From Parcubacteria group bacterium (GTDB lineage: Bacteria > Patescibacteriota > Minisyncoccia > Phycocordibacterales > CALRHW01): 64,000 nucleotides of DNA. The notes below the pieces were generated by a model, which had not been told where the DNA came from, searched no databases, and was given only the letters and a program-made list of their open reading frames with translations. The number at the start of each line of letters is the position of its first letter. Position 1 is the stretch's first letter. Shown here in pieces: positions 30,181 to 39,768 of this stretch. Location: contig JBCLGW010000001.1 in NCBI GenBank assembly GCA_039740835.1, forward strand, positions 27,640 to 91,639. The letters are read 5' to 3'. The position numbers were made by a program, and so were the translations under genes.

Positions 30181-30215
30181 ATACGCCAACTCCTCGGAGC
30201 TGGCGTATTTTCTTT
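30181..30215 (+). terminator. Rho-independent terminator after the lipoprotein gene
   Basis: Hairpin ACGCCAACTCC / GGAGCTGGCGT followed by TTTTCTTT. Confidence 0.4.
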
Positions 30216-30231
30216 GTGTTAATATATCAAT

Positions 30232-30684
30232 ATGAAAACGACCAAAACCCTCGCCGAAACGCACACTCTTGCTGGTGATTTTATAAAAAAACTCATTGAA
30301 ATAGATACAAAAGGGTCGGTTGTTGTGGGTCTTTACGGCGACCTTGGTTCTGGCAAAACAGCTTTTGTGCAAGGTGTTGCAAAAGCATTCAACATTTCAG
30401 ATCAGGTTGCAAGCCCAACTTTTGTTTTAGAAAAAATATATAAACTAGACGAAAAAATTCAGACACGATTTACACACCTCATACATATAGACGCGTATCG
30501 TATGGACTCGCCAGAGGAGCTTGTGCATATCGGCTGGGAGGAGTTACTCAAAGATTCTGGTAATCTCATATGTATTGAATGGCCAGAAAAAGTCGCAACA
30601 GAGATGCCAGACAGACACATTCGCATCGTCTGTGGTTTTGTAGATGAAAGTACACACACTTTTGATATTCAAAAAAATGTCTAG
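30232..30684 (+). CDS. tsaE: tRNA threonylcarbamoyladenosine biosynthesis protein TsaE (YjeE)
   Basis: P-loop GLYGDLGSGKT and PTF motif SPTFVLEKIY. 150 aa. Confidence 0.75.
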   Translation: MKTTKTLAETHTLAGDFIKKLIEIDTKGSVVVGLYGDLGSGKTAFVQGVAKAFNISDQVASPTFVLEKIYKLDEKIQTRFTHLIHIDAYRMDSPEELVHIGWEELLKDSGNLICIEWPEKVATEMPDRHIRIVCGFVDESTHTFDIQKNV

Positions 30685-33091
30685 CACCACAAAAAAACAA
30701 ACAATAGTTTTACTTGATGTTCACGCCATTATTCACCGCGCGTATCATGCGCTCCCAGATTTTTCTTCTACAAAAGGTGAGCCCACTGGAGCGCTTTACG
30801 GACTTTGCACAATGTTACTCAAAATCGCAGACGAAATAAAACCAGAACACATTATCGCTTGCTATGATTTACCAGAAAAAACTCACAGACACGAAATATA
30901 TGAAGCGTACAAAGGCACACGCAAGAAAATAGACGACGCGCTCATTGCACAAATTATTCGCTCAAACGATGTTTTTAATGCGTTTAATATTCCGATTTAT
31001 TCCTGTGCTGGTTTTGAAGCGGACGATATTTTAGGCACGATTGTAGAAAAACTAAAAAACGACAAGGACGCAAATATTGTGATTGCGTCTGGGGATATGG
31101 ACACCCTACAGCTCGTGGATGATAAAAAAGTGCAGGTTTACACTTTGCGAAAGGGGATAAAAGATACGGTTCTTTATGATGAAAAGGCAGTAATTGAGCG
31201 TTTTGGTTTTGGTCCGCGTCTATTGCCAGATTTCAAGGGACTTCGCGGTGACCCGTCCGACAATATTATCGGCATCGCTGGCATAGGTGAAAAAACAGCG
31301 ACGACGCTCATCACTACTTTTGGTTCTATTGAGGATATTTATAAAAAACTTAAAAAAGACGCGACACCTTTTAGAGAAGCAAAAATAACTCCGCGTATTA
31401 TTGACTTACTTTTGAAAGGAGAAGAAGAGGCGCTTTTTTCAAAAACACTTGCGACTATTCGCAGAGATGCGCCGATAGATTTTGTGGTTGCAGAAAAAAC
31501 TTGGAAAGAATCTATAAACATACCAGCACTAGAAAAACTTTTTGCCGAGCTTGATTTCAAAACTTTGCTCGCGCGTGTTGAGAATGTGGTGCTTGGCAAA
31601 AAAACTTTCAAACAATCGTCGCTTTTGGGCGTAGCTGAAAATGAACAGCAAAAACCCGTCGGCGAAACTCTTCCAGAACATGAAGAAAAACTTTTACTTT
31701 TAGCTCTCTGGATAATTGATTCAAACAATGCAAACCCAACACGCTTAGACATTTTGCGTTTTGCGCACACTGAATCTATTTCAAAAGCTCGCGATTTTAT
31801 TTATTCTGAAATTGAAAAGCGAAATCTGACGCGGGTTTTTAAGGAGATAGAAATGCCGTTGATGAAAGTGATAGATGCGATGCAGATGCGGGGTATAAAA
31901 ATAGATACGCAATATCTGGGAATGCTTTCAAAGGAATACAACGCCGAGCTCCGTGTGCTTGAGAAAAAGATATATGAATCTGCTGGCGAGGAGTTTAATA
32001 TAAACTCACCAAAACAAATGGGTGTAATTCTTTTTGACAAGCTCGGTCTTTTTGTGAAGGGGCAAAAGAAAACGGCGGGCGGAGCAAAGTCTACGCGTGA
32101 AAGCGAGCTTGAAAAATTGGCGGGGCTTCATCCTGTCATTGAACACATTTTGCGCTATCGTACACTTCAAAAGCTCGTTTCTACATATATTGATAATATT
32201 CCGACAATGCTCGGTGCTGATGGTCGTCTACACACTACGTTTTTACAGACTGGCACGACGACAGGGCGCATGTCTTCAAATAATCCAAACCTACAAAATA
32301 TTCCTATCAAAACAGAGGAAGGTAGACGCATTCGCAACGCCTTTGTTGTGGAAAAAGGTTTCAAGCTCGTCACTTTTGATTATTCGCAAATAGAGCTCCG
32401 TATTGCGGCTTTTTTGTCTGGTGATGAAAAGCTCGTGGAGATTTTCAAATCAGGAGGGGACATTCACCAAGCGGTGGCATCGCAAGTTTTTGGCGTACCT
32501 CGTGACAAGGTAGACAGAGAAATGCGTCGCAAAGCAAAGGTTATCAATTTCGGAATTCTCTATGGTATGGGCGTAAATGCTTTGCGTGCAAATCTTGGTG
32601 CAGGCACAACTCGCGAAGAAGCCCAAAAGTTTTTTGACGAATATTTCAATACTTTTACCGGACTTGCAAAATATTTAGAAAATGTGAAAGCGAGCGCGCA
32701 CAAGGTTGGTTTTACCGAAACTTTTTTTGGACGACGCAGATATTATCCAAACATCAGATCAAAACTGCCATTCATTCAGGCGGCCCAAGAAAGAATGGCG
32801 ATAAACGCGCCGATACAAGGCACATCTGCTGATGTTATAAAAATAGCGATGATTCGTATTTTTGATTTTATCCAAAAGGAAAAACTCAGTGACGAAGTTT
32901 TTCTGCTCTTGCAGGTGCACGACGAGCTTGTGTTTGAAATAAAAGAATCATCTGTAAAGAGTGTTGTGCCAGAGCTCGAGCGAATAATGGAAACAGTATT
33001 GATGCCGAGAGAAATGCTCGGCGTGCCACTCGTCGTCAACGGCAAAATGGGGGATAATTGGGGCGAGACGGAGGAGATAAATAAAAAATAA
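30677..33091 (+). CDS. polA: DNA polymerase I (5'-3' exonuclease plus polymerase domains, short form)
   Basis: N-terminal 5'-nuclease/HhH domain. Polymerase motif A DYSQIELR, motif B RRKAKVINFGILYG, motif C LLQVHDELVFE. The likely start is ATG at 30677; the track ORF begins at 30644. Confidence 0.85.
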   Translation: MSSTTKKQTIVLLDVHAIIHRAYHALPDFSSTKGEPTGALYGLCTMLLKIADEIKPEHIIACYDLPEKTHRHEIYEAYKGTRKKIDDALIAQIIRSNDVFNAFNIPIYSCAGFEADDILGTIVEKLKNDKDANIVIASGDMDTLQLVDDKKVQVYTLRKGIKDTVLYDEKAVIERFGFGPRLLPDFKGLRGDPSDNIIGIAGIGEKTATTLITTFGSIEDIYKKLKKDATPFREAKITPRIIDLLLKGEEEALFSKTLATIRRDAPIDFVVAEKTWKESINIPALEKLFAELDFKTLLARVENVVLGKKTFKQSSLLGVAENEQQKPVGETLPEHEEKLLLLALWIIDSNNANPTRLDILRFAHTESISKARDFIYSEIEKRNLTRVFKEIEMPLMKVIDAMQMRGIKIDTQYLGMLSKEYNAELRVLEKKIYESAGEEFNINSPKQMGVILFDKLGLFVKGQKKTAGGAKSTRESELEKLAGLHPVIEHILRYRTLQKLVSTYIDNIPTMLGADGRLHTTFLQTGTTTGRMSSNNPNLQNIPIKTEEGRRIRNAFVVEKGFKLVTFDYSQIELRIAAFLSGDEKLVEIFKSGGDIHQAVASQVFGVPRDKVDREMRRKAKVINFGILYGMGVNALRANLGAGTTREEAQKFFDEYFNTFTGLAKYLENVKASAHKVGFTETFFGRRRYYPNIRSKLPFIQAAQERMAINAPIQGTSADVIKIAMIRIFDFIQKEKLSDEVFLLLQVHDELVFEIKESSVKSVVPELERIMETVLMPREMLGVPLVVNGKMGDNWGETEEINKK

Positions 33092-33092
33092 A

Positions 33093-33809
33093 ATGCTCTA
33101 TTTTCTACACGGCAAAGATACAAAAGCATCACGCGCAAAACTCCATGAGCTTTTGGATACTTTGCAGAAAAAAAAGCCGGATGCGAGCGTATTTAAAATA
33201 GAAGCAGAAAGTTTTGACTCGGCGCGTTTTGAGGAGTTTCTCAGTGGGCAAGGACTTTTTGAGAATAAATATATTGTTGTCTGTGACAAGATTTTTGAAA
33301 ATGCGGAGGCGAAAGAACAAATGGTCGCAAGCGTAAAAGAAATGAGTGAGTCAGACAACGTGTTTTTGTGTTTAGAGGAAGATGTTGATGCACCAACGCT
33401 GAAAAAAATAGAAAAGTACGCACAAAAAACTCAGAAATTTGAAGAAAATAAAAAGGTTGAGAGCAAGTCTTTCAATATTTTTTCTTTGACAGATGCGCTC
33501 GGTAGGCGAGATAAAAAAGAGCTTTGGGTGCTATATCAACAGGCGCTTGCGAGCGGGTCTGAGCCAGAAGAAATTCACGGTATTCTTTTTTGGCAGGTAA
33601 AAAGTATGTTGCTCTCAAGCCAGTCAAAGAGTAGCGACGAAGCAGGACTCAAACCTTTTGTTTTTCAAAAAGCGTCTGGCTTTGCAAAAAAATATTCGCC
33701 CGCAGAACTACGCGCACTGTCTGCACGGTTTGTGGAAATATACCACAATGCTCATCGGGGAATATCTGAGATGGGTATCGCGCTAGAAAAACTTATTCTG
33801 AGTATTTAA
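33093..33809 (+). CDS. holA: DNA polymerase III delta subunit (HolA-like), short
   Basis: 238 aa directly after polA. The N-terminal pattern (LYFLHGKD...LFENKYIVVCD) resembles the delta subunit. Low-complexity, so tentative. Confidence 0.45.
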   Translation: MLYFLHGKDTKASRAKLHELLDTLQKKKPDASVFKIEAESFDSARFEEFLSGQGLFENKYIVVCDKIFENAEAKEQMVASVKEMSESDNVFLCLEEDVDAPTLKKIEKYAQKTQKFEENKKVESKSFNIFSLTDALGRRDKKELWVLYQQALASGSEPEEIHGILFWQVKSMLLSSQSKSSDEAGLKPFVFQKASGFAKKYSPAELRALSARFVEIYHNAHRGISEMGIALEKLILSI

Positions 33810-33859
33810 AAAGACCGCTCAACTAGGAGCAATCTTTTTTCTGGAAAGTCGCTAACTTG

Positions 33860-33932
33860 TCCGCCCACCAGGACTCGAACCTGGGACCAAGTGCTTAAAA
33901 GGCACCTGCTCTACCAACTGAGCTATAGGCGG
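33860..33932 (-). tRNA. tRNA-Lys (anticodon UUU)
   Basis: Reverse strand reads GCCTATAGCTCAGTTGGTAGAGCAGGTGCCTTTTAAGCACTTGGTCCCAGGTTCGAGTCCTGGTGGGCGGA. The anticodon loop is CUUUUAA and a TPsiC loop is present. CCA is not encoded. Confidence 0.8.
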
Positions 33933-34014
33933 ATATAAAACAGCGCACGTTTTCGCCAAAAAACTTTCAGGCGAATATCAGAAAATATAACAGAATTGAG
34001 CTAAAAGTCTAGAC

Positions 34015-34380
34015 TTACAGCCTAGTAATATCGATTGCAAACCAGCCAGCACCAGAGAATAAGAGAGAGCAAGATATTGCGATTGTAAAAATATGCAACA
34101 TCATCTGATGCGTGGTGATAGTCTGCAAGCGTGATTTTATATAAACCACGCGCCCGACTGAGAGCGCAATGAGGAGTAGTGCGCCGACCTGAGTATATAT
34201 TCCAAAAAAGATTAAAAGCCCCGCAAACACAAAAAATCCGGAAAGAATTTTTGTTGTGATGTCGCGAGTGTTTTTGAAAATAGAATAATCTCTAGAGATA
34301 ATAAAAACACCGAGCACCAGACGGAGAATGAGTGGCGCGACGAGGACGTATGTAAATAATGCTGGAAATGGATTTAACAT
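34015..34380 (-). CDS. DoxX-family small membrane protein
   Basis: 121 aa with four hydrophobic helices (..RLVLGVFIISRDYSIF..). Confidence 0.4.
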   Translation of the reverse strand: MLNPFPALFTYVLVAPLILRLVLGVFIISRDYSIFKNTRDITTKILSGFFVFAGLLIFFGIYTQVGALLLIALSVGRVVYIKSRLQTITTHQMMLHIFTIAISCSLLFSGAGWFAIDITRL

Positions 34381-34401
34381 AACTGGATTATATCAAAGTC
34401 T

Positions 34402-34926
34402 TTGAAAATAATGTATGGTGTTGTTATGAAAAAGACAATTTCTCGCAAGGTTGTAGCAAAAGAAGTATATGTGATATTGCACAATATTCGCAGTATTCAT
34501 AATGTTGGGTCAATATTTCGTACTTCTGATGCTGTGGGTGTGAGTAAAATATTTCTCACTGGGTATACACCGACTCCACACGACAGGTTTGGACGAGTGA
34601 GGGGGGATGTCGCAAAAGTCGCTCTCGGCGCAGAAAAAAGTGTTGCGTGGGAATATTGTAAAAGTCCGATGGCGCTTATAAAAAGACTGCGCGCGCAGGG
34701 GGTGCAAGTCGTAGCCATTGAACAGAGTTCGCGCGCAGTGAGCTATCGAAAAGTAAAAATAAAGTTGCCGAGCGCTTTTTTGTACGGAAATGAGGTGGAG
34801 GGGGTGTTGCCCGCGATACTACGAGAGTGTGACGTGGTCGCGGAAATCCCGATGAGCGGGCGCAAAGAATCATTAAATGTCTCCGTCTCAGCGGGCATTA
34901 CACTTTTTGCAATGCTTAATAAGTAA
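34402..34926 (+). CDS. SpoU/TrmH-family RNA 2'-O-methyltransferase
   Basis: Motifs VILHNIRSIHNVGSIFRTSDAVG and a C-terminal SPOUT knot (..SLNVSVSAGITLF..). Confidence 0.7.
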   Translation: MKIMYGVVMKKTISRKVVAKEVYVILHNIRSIHNVGSIFRTSDAVGVSKIFLTGYTPTPHDRFGRVRGDVAKVALGAEKSVAWEYCKSPMALIKRLRAQGVQVVAIEQSSRAVSYRKVKIKLPSAFLYGNEVEGVLPAILRECDVVAEIPMSGRKESLNVSVSAGITLFAMLNK

Positions 34927-35773
34927 GTGTGTCTACGATTTTTCCTTGAGTATCGAGTAGTCTTATCGTTTCTCTCTTGCTTTTCCACAGAGGGACTCTA
35001 CTGTTTAAAAAAACTCGCCATTCTGACGTCAAAAAATATTTATCGTTTCTGTGAAGTCTCACACAGTTTTCGTATGACACAGTTTTATCTACAAAATCTT
35101 CACAGTACTGTGGGATGTTGTCATCTTCATTACTCTGGTATCTCGCACGCGTCTCACATCTTTTGAAACTATTTATATATCCTTGGCAAACATCACTGTC
35201 TTCTACTCTTTCTGGCATTTCTTCATTGTAAAGCATTGGACATTGCATTGGTAGAGAAGGTAGAAAACCCATTTTTTCCTCAAAATACCCAGTACAAATA
35301 TTTGTTTGGAAAGAATATTTTAAAGGAGAGTTTCCTGTAGCCACAATAATTTCACTACCACCTTTTACTAAAATAGGAACAGCAACACCTTCTTGTGGTA
35401 TTGCATATCCACCACCGATAAATATTTTGTTGCCAGTCACAGTGCTCTCTAGACTCCACCCAGTGATATTTATCGGCGTATCATTTCCCGAAACTCGTAT
35501 CGTCACATACTCAGAAACAGCGAGCCTGCCCGGATCTTTTATATCGCTTAAATAAACACGGTCAGAAAAAGCGGATTCGTTTGTGGGTGGGTCTTGGGGG
35601 GGATAGATTTTTCCACCAGTTAGAGATTGGCTTGAGTTAGAAACCGGATTAGAAAAAGAACTGATAACCTTTTTTGCCTCATTTGGATTGAAAAGTAGAC
35701 CGTCTTTGTGAAGAGATATCGCTACTGCAATAGTGAGGACTATAAATGCGATTATTGTGCCAGATTCTTTCAT
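34916..35773 (-). CDS. Secreted hypothetical protein with a Cys-rich C-terminal region
   Basis: Signal/anchor sequence MKESGTIIAFIVLTIAVAISL. 285 aa with eight Cys in the C-terminal half. Confidence 0.4.
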   Translation of the reverse strand: MKESGTIIAFIVLTIAVAISLHKDGLLFNPNEAKKVISSFSNPVSNSSQSLTGGKIYPPQDPPTNESAFSDRVYLSDIKDPGRLAVSEYVTIRVSGNDTPINITGWSLESTVTGNKIFIGGGYAIPQEGVAVPILVKGGSEIIVATGNSPLKYSFQTNICTGYFEEKMGFLPSLPMQCPMLYNEEMPERVEDSDVCQGYINSFKRCETRARYQSNEDDNIPQYCEDFVDKTVSYENCVRLHRNDKYFLTSEWRVFLNSRVPLWKSKRETIRLLDTQGKIVDTLTY

Positions 35774-35779
35774 ATAGCA

Positions 35780-36694
35780 CTATTGTAGAGGTTTTTGGTG
35801 CCTAGTGCAAAAGTGAGAACTTCGACCACCGATCATTTTTCTTGCGATTGTTCCCGTGCACCCCCGTTTTTTACACTTTTCTCCTTTACATTGATATGCT
35901 TTGTGCGTATGTTGAAACTCTCCGCGCATGCCGTGAATGTTTCTATAGTCAGACATTGAGTCGCCACCAAAGTCTATACCCTTCAGTAAAAGTTTTTTTG
36001 TTGAGTCATACATTTTTTTGAGTATTGAGTCGGAAATATTTTCTGGCTTGGTCTCTGGATGCACACCACTTTCCCAAAGTATTTCATCGGAATAAATGTT
36101 TCCGATACCAGCGATAAGTGTTTGGTCCATCAAAACTGTTTTTATTTTTCCACGAGGTTTTTTGAGCAGTCGCTCTTTGAAAATTTTAAATGTAAAACTT
36201 TTTTTTAGTGGTTCAGGACCAAGCTCGCGTAGGTCAGGGGAGTGAGTGAGATTGTTTGTTTTAAGTATTGTCACTTTTGCAAACTTGCGCAGGTCAGAAA
36301 GTGCAACGTGTTTTCCATTTGAAAGAGAGATTACAAAGTGAATCCATGCGTTGAAAGGGTCATCTCGCAGTGGCCCAGCACTGATAGCTTTCCAAACTTT
36401 CCCTTTTTTCTCATATTTTCCATATAGTACGTGGCCAGTCATTTTCATGTGAATGAGAATTGTCTGATTGCCCTCTATATGAATCAAAACATTTTTTGCC
36501 CGACGACCGACTGAGATGATTTTTTTATTAACACAAAGCTTTTTGAATTTTTTAAAAAAGAGAGGATTTTTTATATTATCCTTGCCGGCATAAAAATCGC
36601 TACGATAGTCTGTCCAAACATCTTTTATGTAAAGCCCCGGCAAGACACTTTGCAAACCCGAGCTTGTAGTGTGTACTTCTGGTAATTCTGGCAT
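35780..36694 (-). CDS. fpg: Formamidopyrimidine-DNA glycosylase / Nei-family DNA glycosylase
   Basis: N-terminus MPELPEV, the catalytic Pro2/Glu3 signature. H2TH domain. C-terminal zinc finger C..C...C..C. Confidence 0.8.
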   Translation of the reverse strand: MPELPEVHTTSSGLQSVLPGLYIKDVWTDYRSDFYAGKDNIKNPLFFKKFKKLCVNKKIISVGRRAKNVLIHIEGNQTILIHMKMTGHVLYGKYEKKGKVWKAISAGPLRDDPFNAWIHFVISLSNGKHVALSDLRKFAKVTILKTNNLTHSPDLRELGPEPLKKSFTFKIFKERLLKKPRGKIKTVLMDQTLIAGIGNIYSDEILWESGVHPETKPENISDSILKKMYDSTKKLLLKGIDFGGDSMSDYRNIHGMRGEFQHTHKAYQCKGEKCKKRGCTGTIARKMIGGRSSHFCTRHQKPLQ

Positions 36695-36723
36695 GCGGTG
36701 ATTATACAGGATATACTTTTGTC

Positions 36724-37569
36724 ATGAAACTATTTTTATTAATCGCTGTTGCTCTTGTCGGCTCGGCTTTTTTGATGCCATTTTTACCGCGTGCGGAGAC
36801 AAAAAATGTGTATGTAGCAAAAATTATACCCAAAAAAATACTTGTGGTGGTGGGACACGACAACATTGTCTGGGGTTCAAAATTTCTAAAAACAAAAGAG
36901 GTTGATTTAAACAGAATTTTGGCGAGAGACTTATACAACTTTCTCAAAAACGACCCACTTTTTGACCCAACAGTCACACAAGTAGACGGCGATTATATTC
37001 CAGAGCTAAAGAATTTTCTTGATACAGAAAAAGAAAATATTGTGGTATACAGAGCAGAAAGAAAGAAAGAGTTCCCTGATATGCAAGATAATTTAAATGA
37101 AGACGTGCAACACAACAAAGTTACAAATGATGTTGCCAACAAACTCTATGGCACAAGTCTTTGGGCACAGAAAGAAAAATTTGATTTGCTTGTCCACGTT
37201 CATTTCAACGATTATCCAGGTCGTCCAAAAAATACAGCAGGGAAATATCGTGGTTTTGTTATGTATGTACCAGACCCTGAATTAAAAAACGGCGAAGCTA
37301 GTAAACCATTTGCTGAAGCGGTGTACGCCAGACTTTTGTCTACTGAAAAGCCAAGCAACTTACCTGTCGAAAAAGAGGGTATTTTAGAAAGTAGAGAACT
37401 CATAGGACTCGGCGCGCGCAACAGTCTGAGTATGCCATCGATAATCGTAGAATACGCATATATTGCCGAGCCACGTTTATACGGAGATGCTAGGACAGAG
37501 ACAATACGCAATATGGCGTATCAAACGTATCTAGGTGTAAAAGACGTTTATTTCCCAGACAACAAATGA
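36724..37569 (+). CDS. N-acetylmuramoyl-L-alanine amidase (Amidase_3/CwlD-like), secreted
   Basis: Signal peptide, then ILVVVGHD... and DLLVHVHFNDYPGR, which are the Amidase_3 metal-binding motifs. Confidence 0.5.
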   Translation: MKLFLLIAVALVGSAFLMPFLPRAETKNVYVAKIIPKKILVVVGHDNIVWGSKFLKTKEVDLNRILARDLYNFLKNDPLFDPTVTQVDGDYIPELKNFLDTEKENIVVYRAERKKEFPDMQDNLNEDVQHNKVTNDVANKLYGTSLWAQKEKFDLLVHVHFNDYPGRPKNTAGKYRGFVMYVPDPELKNGEASKPFAEAVYARLLSTEKPSNLPVEKEGILESRELIGLGARNSLSMPSIIVEYAYIAEPRLYGDARTETIRNMAYQTYLGVKDVYFPDNK

Positions 37570-38807
37570 GAGAGCTCTTCTCTTGAAACTTTTGCATCAC
37601 TCCACGGTTCTTTTTTGCCGTTTGCTCGTATGATATATGGGTCGGTACCTTTTCCTGTGATGAGTACTACATCGCCATCGCGTGCTTTTGATATCGCTGT
37701 GCGTATTGCCTCGCGTCTGTCCATAATTATTTCACTTGGTTTATTTTTTATACCTTCAGACATTGCTTCAACAATAGAACGCGGTTCATCATCATACGGA
37801 TCTTCATCAGTTAAAATTATTTCATCACAATATTTATCAGCTACCGCGCCCATTTCTTTTCTTTTCCAAGTATCTCGTCCACCACCACAATTTCCGAGAA
37901 CACAGATTTTGTGTTGAGTGGGGAATGCCTCGTAGAGTTTGCAAAGCGAGTCAGCGGTGTGAGCGTAGTCTACTATCACATCAAAGTTTTGCCCGACGTT
38001 TATGCGTTCAACTCGGCCTTTTATCGGTGCCACTTTTTTTAAGGCCCTTTTTATATTTTCTAAAGAAACACCGAGCGCATGCGCACAGGTCATCGCGCCA
38101 AGCGCATTATAAATATTGAAAATTCCGGTAAGTGGAGCAGATATTTTTTCGCCTTTAAATGTAAAATTAACACTGTTTATGCCTAAAGTGTACGGCTCCG
38201 CATCTTTTATACAAAAACCGAGTTTGTGTTCTACTGGCAGGGAAAGATAGAAAGCGCTTTCAGTGTCGTCCTTGTTGGCGATGATAAAGCGCTGTTTTTT
38301 GCGAGACCTAGCGAGGGCTTGCCCGATAGATCTTTTTGCATCACGATATTTTTCAAACGACCCATGTGACTCTATGTGTTCAGGTGAAAGATTTGTAAAT
38401 ATAAAAGCGTCTAGCTCTATGCCGTGATGTCTAAATTGTTTTGCGCCCTCTGATGTCATTTCTACAACAGCGTGTGTACAGCCAGCATTCACAGCGTCAC
38501 GCAAAAACTTTTGCATAAAAAATCTGCCAGGCATCGACATTTTGTACAGGTTCGGGGTTTCTTTTTTACCGATTTTGAAACGAATTGTGCCAGATAGAGC
38601 GGTGTTGTATCCTGCTTCTTCTAGAATCGCGTTGAGTATTTCTGCTGTGCTGGATTTTCCTTTTGTTCCTGTGATACCGATGACTACGAGTTTTTTAGAA
38701 GGAAAGTGATAGAGTATTGTGCCGATGTAAACAAGGGCTAGGTGATATGCGGGCATCAATGCTTTTAACACAAAGCTAGGAATTATTTTTTTTAGTATTC
38801 TTTTCAT
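37548..38807 (-). CDS. murE: Mur ligase family protein, MurE-like, lacking the N-terminal domain
   Basis: Motifs VIGITGTKGKSST (P-loop), DYAHTADSL, and GNCGGGRDTWKR at the C-terminal domain. Confidence 0.6.
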   Translation of the reverse strand: MKRILKKIIPSFVLKALMPAYHLALVYIGTILYHFPSKKLVVIGITGTKGKSSTAEILNAILEEAGYNTALSGTIRFKIGKKETPNLYKMSMPGRFFMQKFLRDAVNAGCTHAVVEMTSEGAKQFRHHGIELDAFIFTNLSPEHIESHGSFEKYRDAKRSIGQALARSRKKQRFIIANKDDTESAFYLSLPVEHKLGFCIKDAEPYTLGINSVNFTFKGEKISAPLTGIFNIYNALGAMTCAHALGVSLENIKRALKKVAPIKGRVERINVGQNFDVIVDYAHTADSLCKLYEAFPTQHKICVLGNCGGGRDTWKRKEMGAVADKYCDEIILTDEDPYDDEPRSIVEAMSEGIKNKPSEIIMDRREAIRTAISKARDGDVVLITGKGTDPYIIRANGKKEPWSDAKVSREELSHLLSGK

Positions 38808-39376
38808 TATCTTGACCCTAAAATTTTTAGAGCTTGTTTTACTTTTTCTCCGGCGTTGTCGATATCTGCCGATACTTTTTTGAGCGCTTCGCGAGCTTCA
38901 CTTTGAGAATAACCAAGCGCTTTCAGTGCCTCTGTTGCATCCGAATCTTTTTGTAATTGCAAATGACTGCCGTCTAGCCCTTCAAACTTTCCCCGTAGCT
39001 CTATGATTATTTTTTCCGCAATTTTTTTTCCGACTCCTGCAACTTTTGTGAGATATGAGCTGTCGCCGGATGAAATAGCGATGCGGACAGTTTCAGGAAG
39101 TACAGCAGTAAGTACGCTGAGCGCTGTTTTTGGGCCGATACCAGAGACGGTGATGAGCATTTCAAAAAGCTCAAGGTCGGCTTTTTGGAGAAAACCATAG
39201 AGGTCTAGAGCATTTTCTCGCACAGCCAAAAATGTCCAAACGGTTGTTTCTTTATTTATACGCATGCCGTTTATCATCGCCGAAGTACAAAAAACCTTGT
39301 ATCCAACGCCTGAAACGTCGACTACGACATATCGCTCGTCTTTAAAGGTGACAGTGCCTCTGAGTTGGGAAATCAT
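38807..39376 (-). CDS. ruvA: Holliday junction DNA helicase RuvA
   Basis: N-terminus MISQLRGTV...VVDVSGVGYKV (OB fold) and HhH motifs. 189 aa. Confidence 0.85.
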   Translation of the reverse strand: MISQLRGTVTFKDERYVVVDVSGVGYKVFCTSAMINGMRINKETTVWTFLAVRENALDLYGFLQKADLELFEMLITVSGIGPKTALSVLTAVLPETVRIAISSGDSSYLTKVAGVGKKIAEKIIIELRGKFEGLDGSHLQLQKDSDATEALKALGYSQSEAREALKKVSADIDNAGEKVKQALKILGSR

Positions 39377-39449
39377 GGCTGTAATGATAGCAGAATTTGC
39401 GTTTTTGAGCGATATTTGCTACGATGTTTTCACATTTCAATATATAGAT

Positions 39450-39713
39450 ATGCCAATCACATCTTCAGCAAAAAAAGCCCTACGAAACTCAGCGCGCAAG
39501 CGAATTTTTAACATGCGTAAAAAAGACAGTCTTCAGGTTGCTTTCAAAAAACTCCGAAAACTCGTAGCAGACAAAGACAAAAAGGGTGCAGAAAAGTTTA
39601 TGTCAAATATTCAGAAGATTCTAGACAAGTCAGCAAAAACAGGACTACTTAAAGAAAACACCGCTTCTCGCAAAAAATCTCGCCTCTCTGCAATGATAAG
39701 AAAGATGGCTTAA
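39450..39713 (+). CDS. rpsT: 30S ribosomal protein S20
   Basis: Sequence MPITSSAKKALRNSARKRIFNMRKKDSL...RKKSRLSAM is canonical S20. The track ORF starting at 39264 is an upstream extension overlapping ruvA. Confidence 0.8.
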   Translation: MPITSSAKKALRNSARKRIFNMRKKDSLQVAFKKLRKLVADKDKKGAEKFMSNIQKILDKSAKTGLLKENTASRKKSRLSAMIRKMA

Positions 39714-39737
39714 ATCAAAAGTAAAACAAAAACACAA

Positions 39738-39768
39738 AACCACCCGAGAGGGTGGTTTTATTTTGGAA
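39738..39768. terminator. Bidirectional rho-independent terminator
   Basis: Hairpin CCACCCGAGAGGGTGG followed by TTTTATTTT. On the opposite strand it overlaps the stop codon of the 39758-41248 gene. Confidence 0.5.

Noticed and set aside
31339-31770. 143-aa minus-strand ORF inside polA
   Set aside because: Antisense to conserved polymerase I motifs.
39264-39449. Upstream extension of rpsT overlapping ruvA
   Set aside because: S20 homology starts at MPITSSAKKAL (39450). The extension overlaps the ruvA coding region on the other strand.
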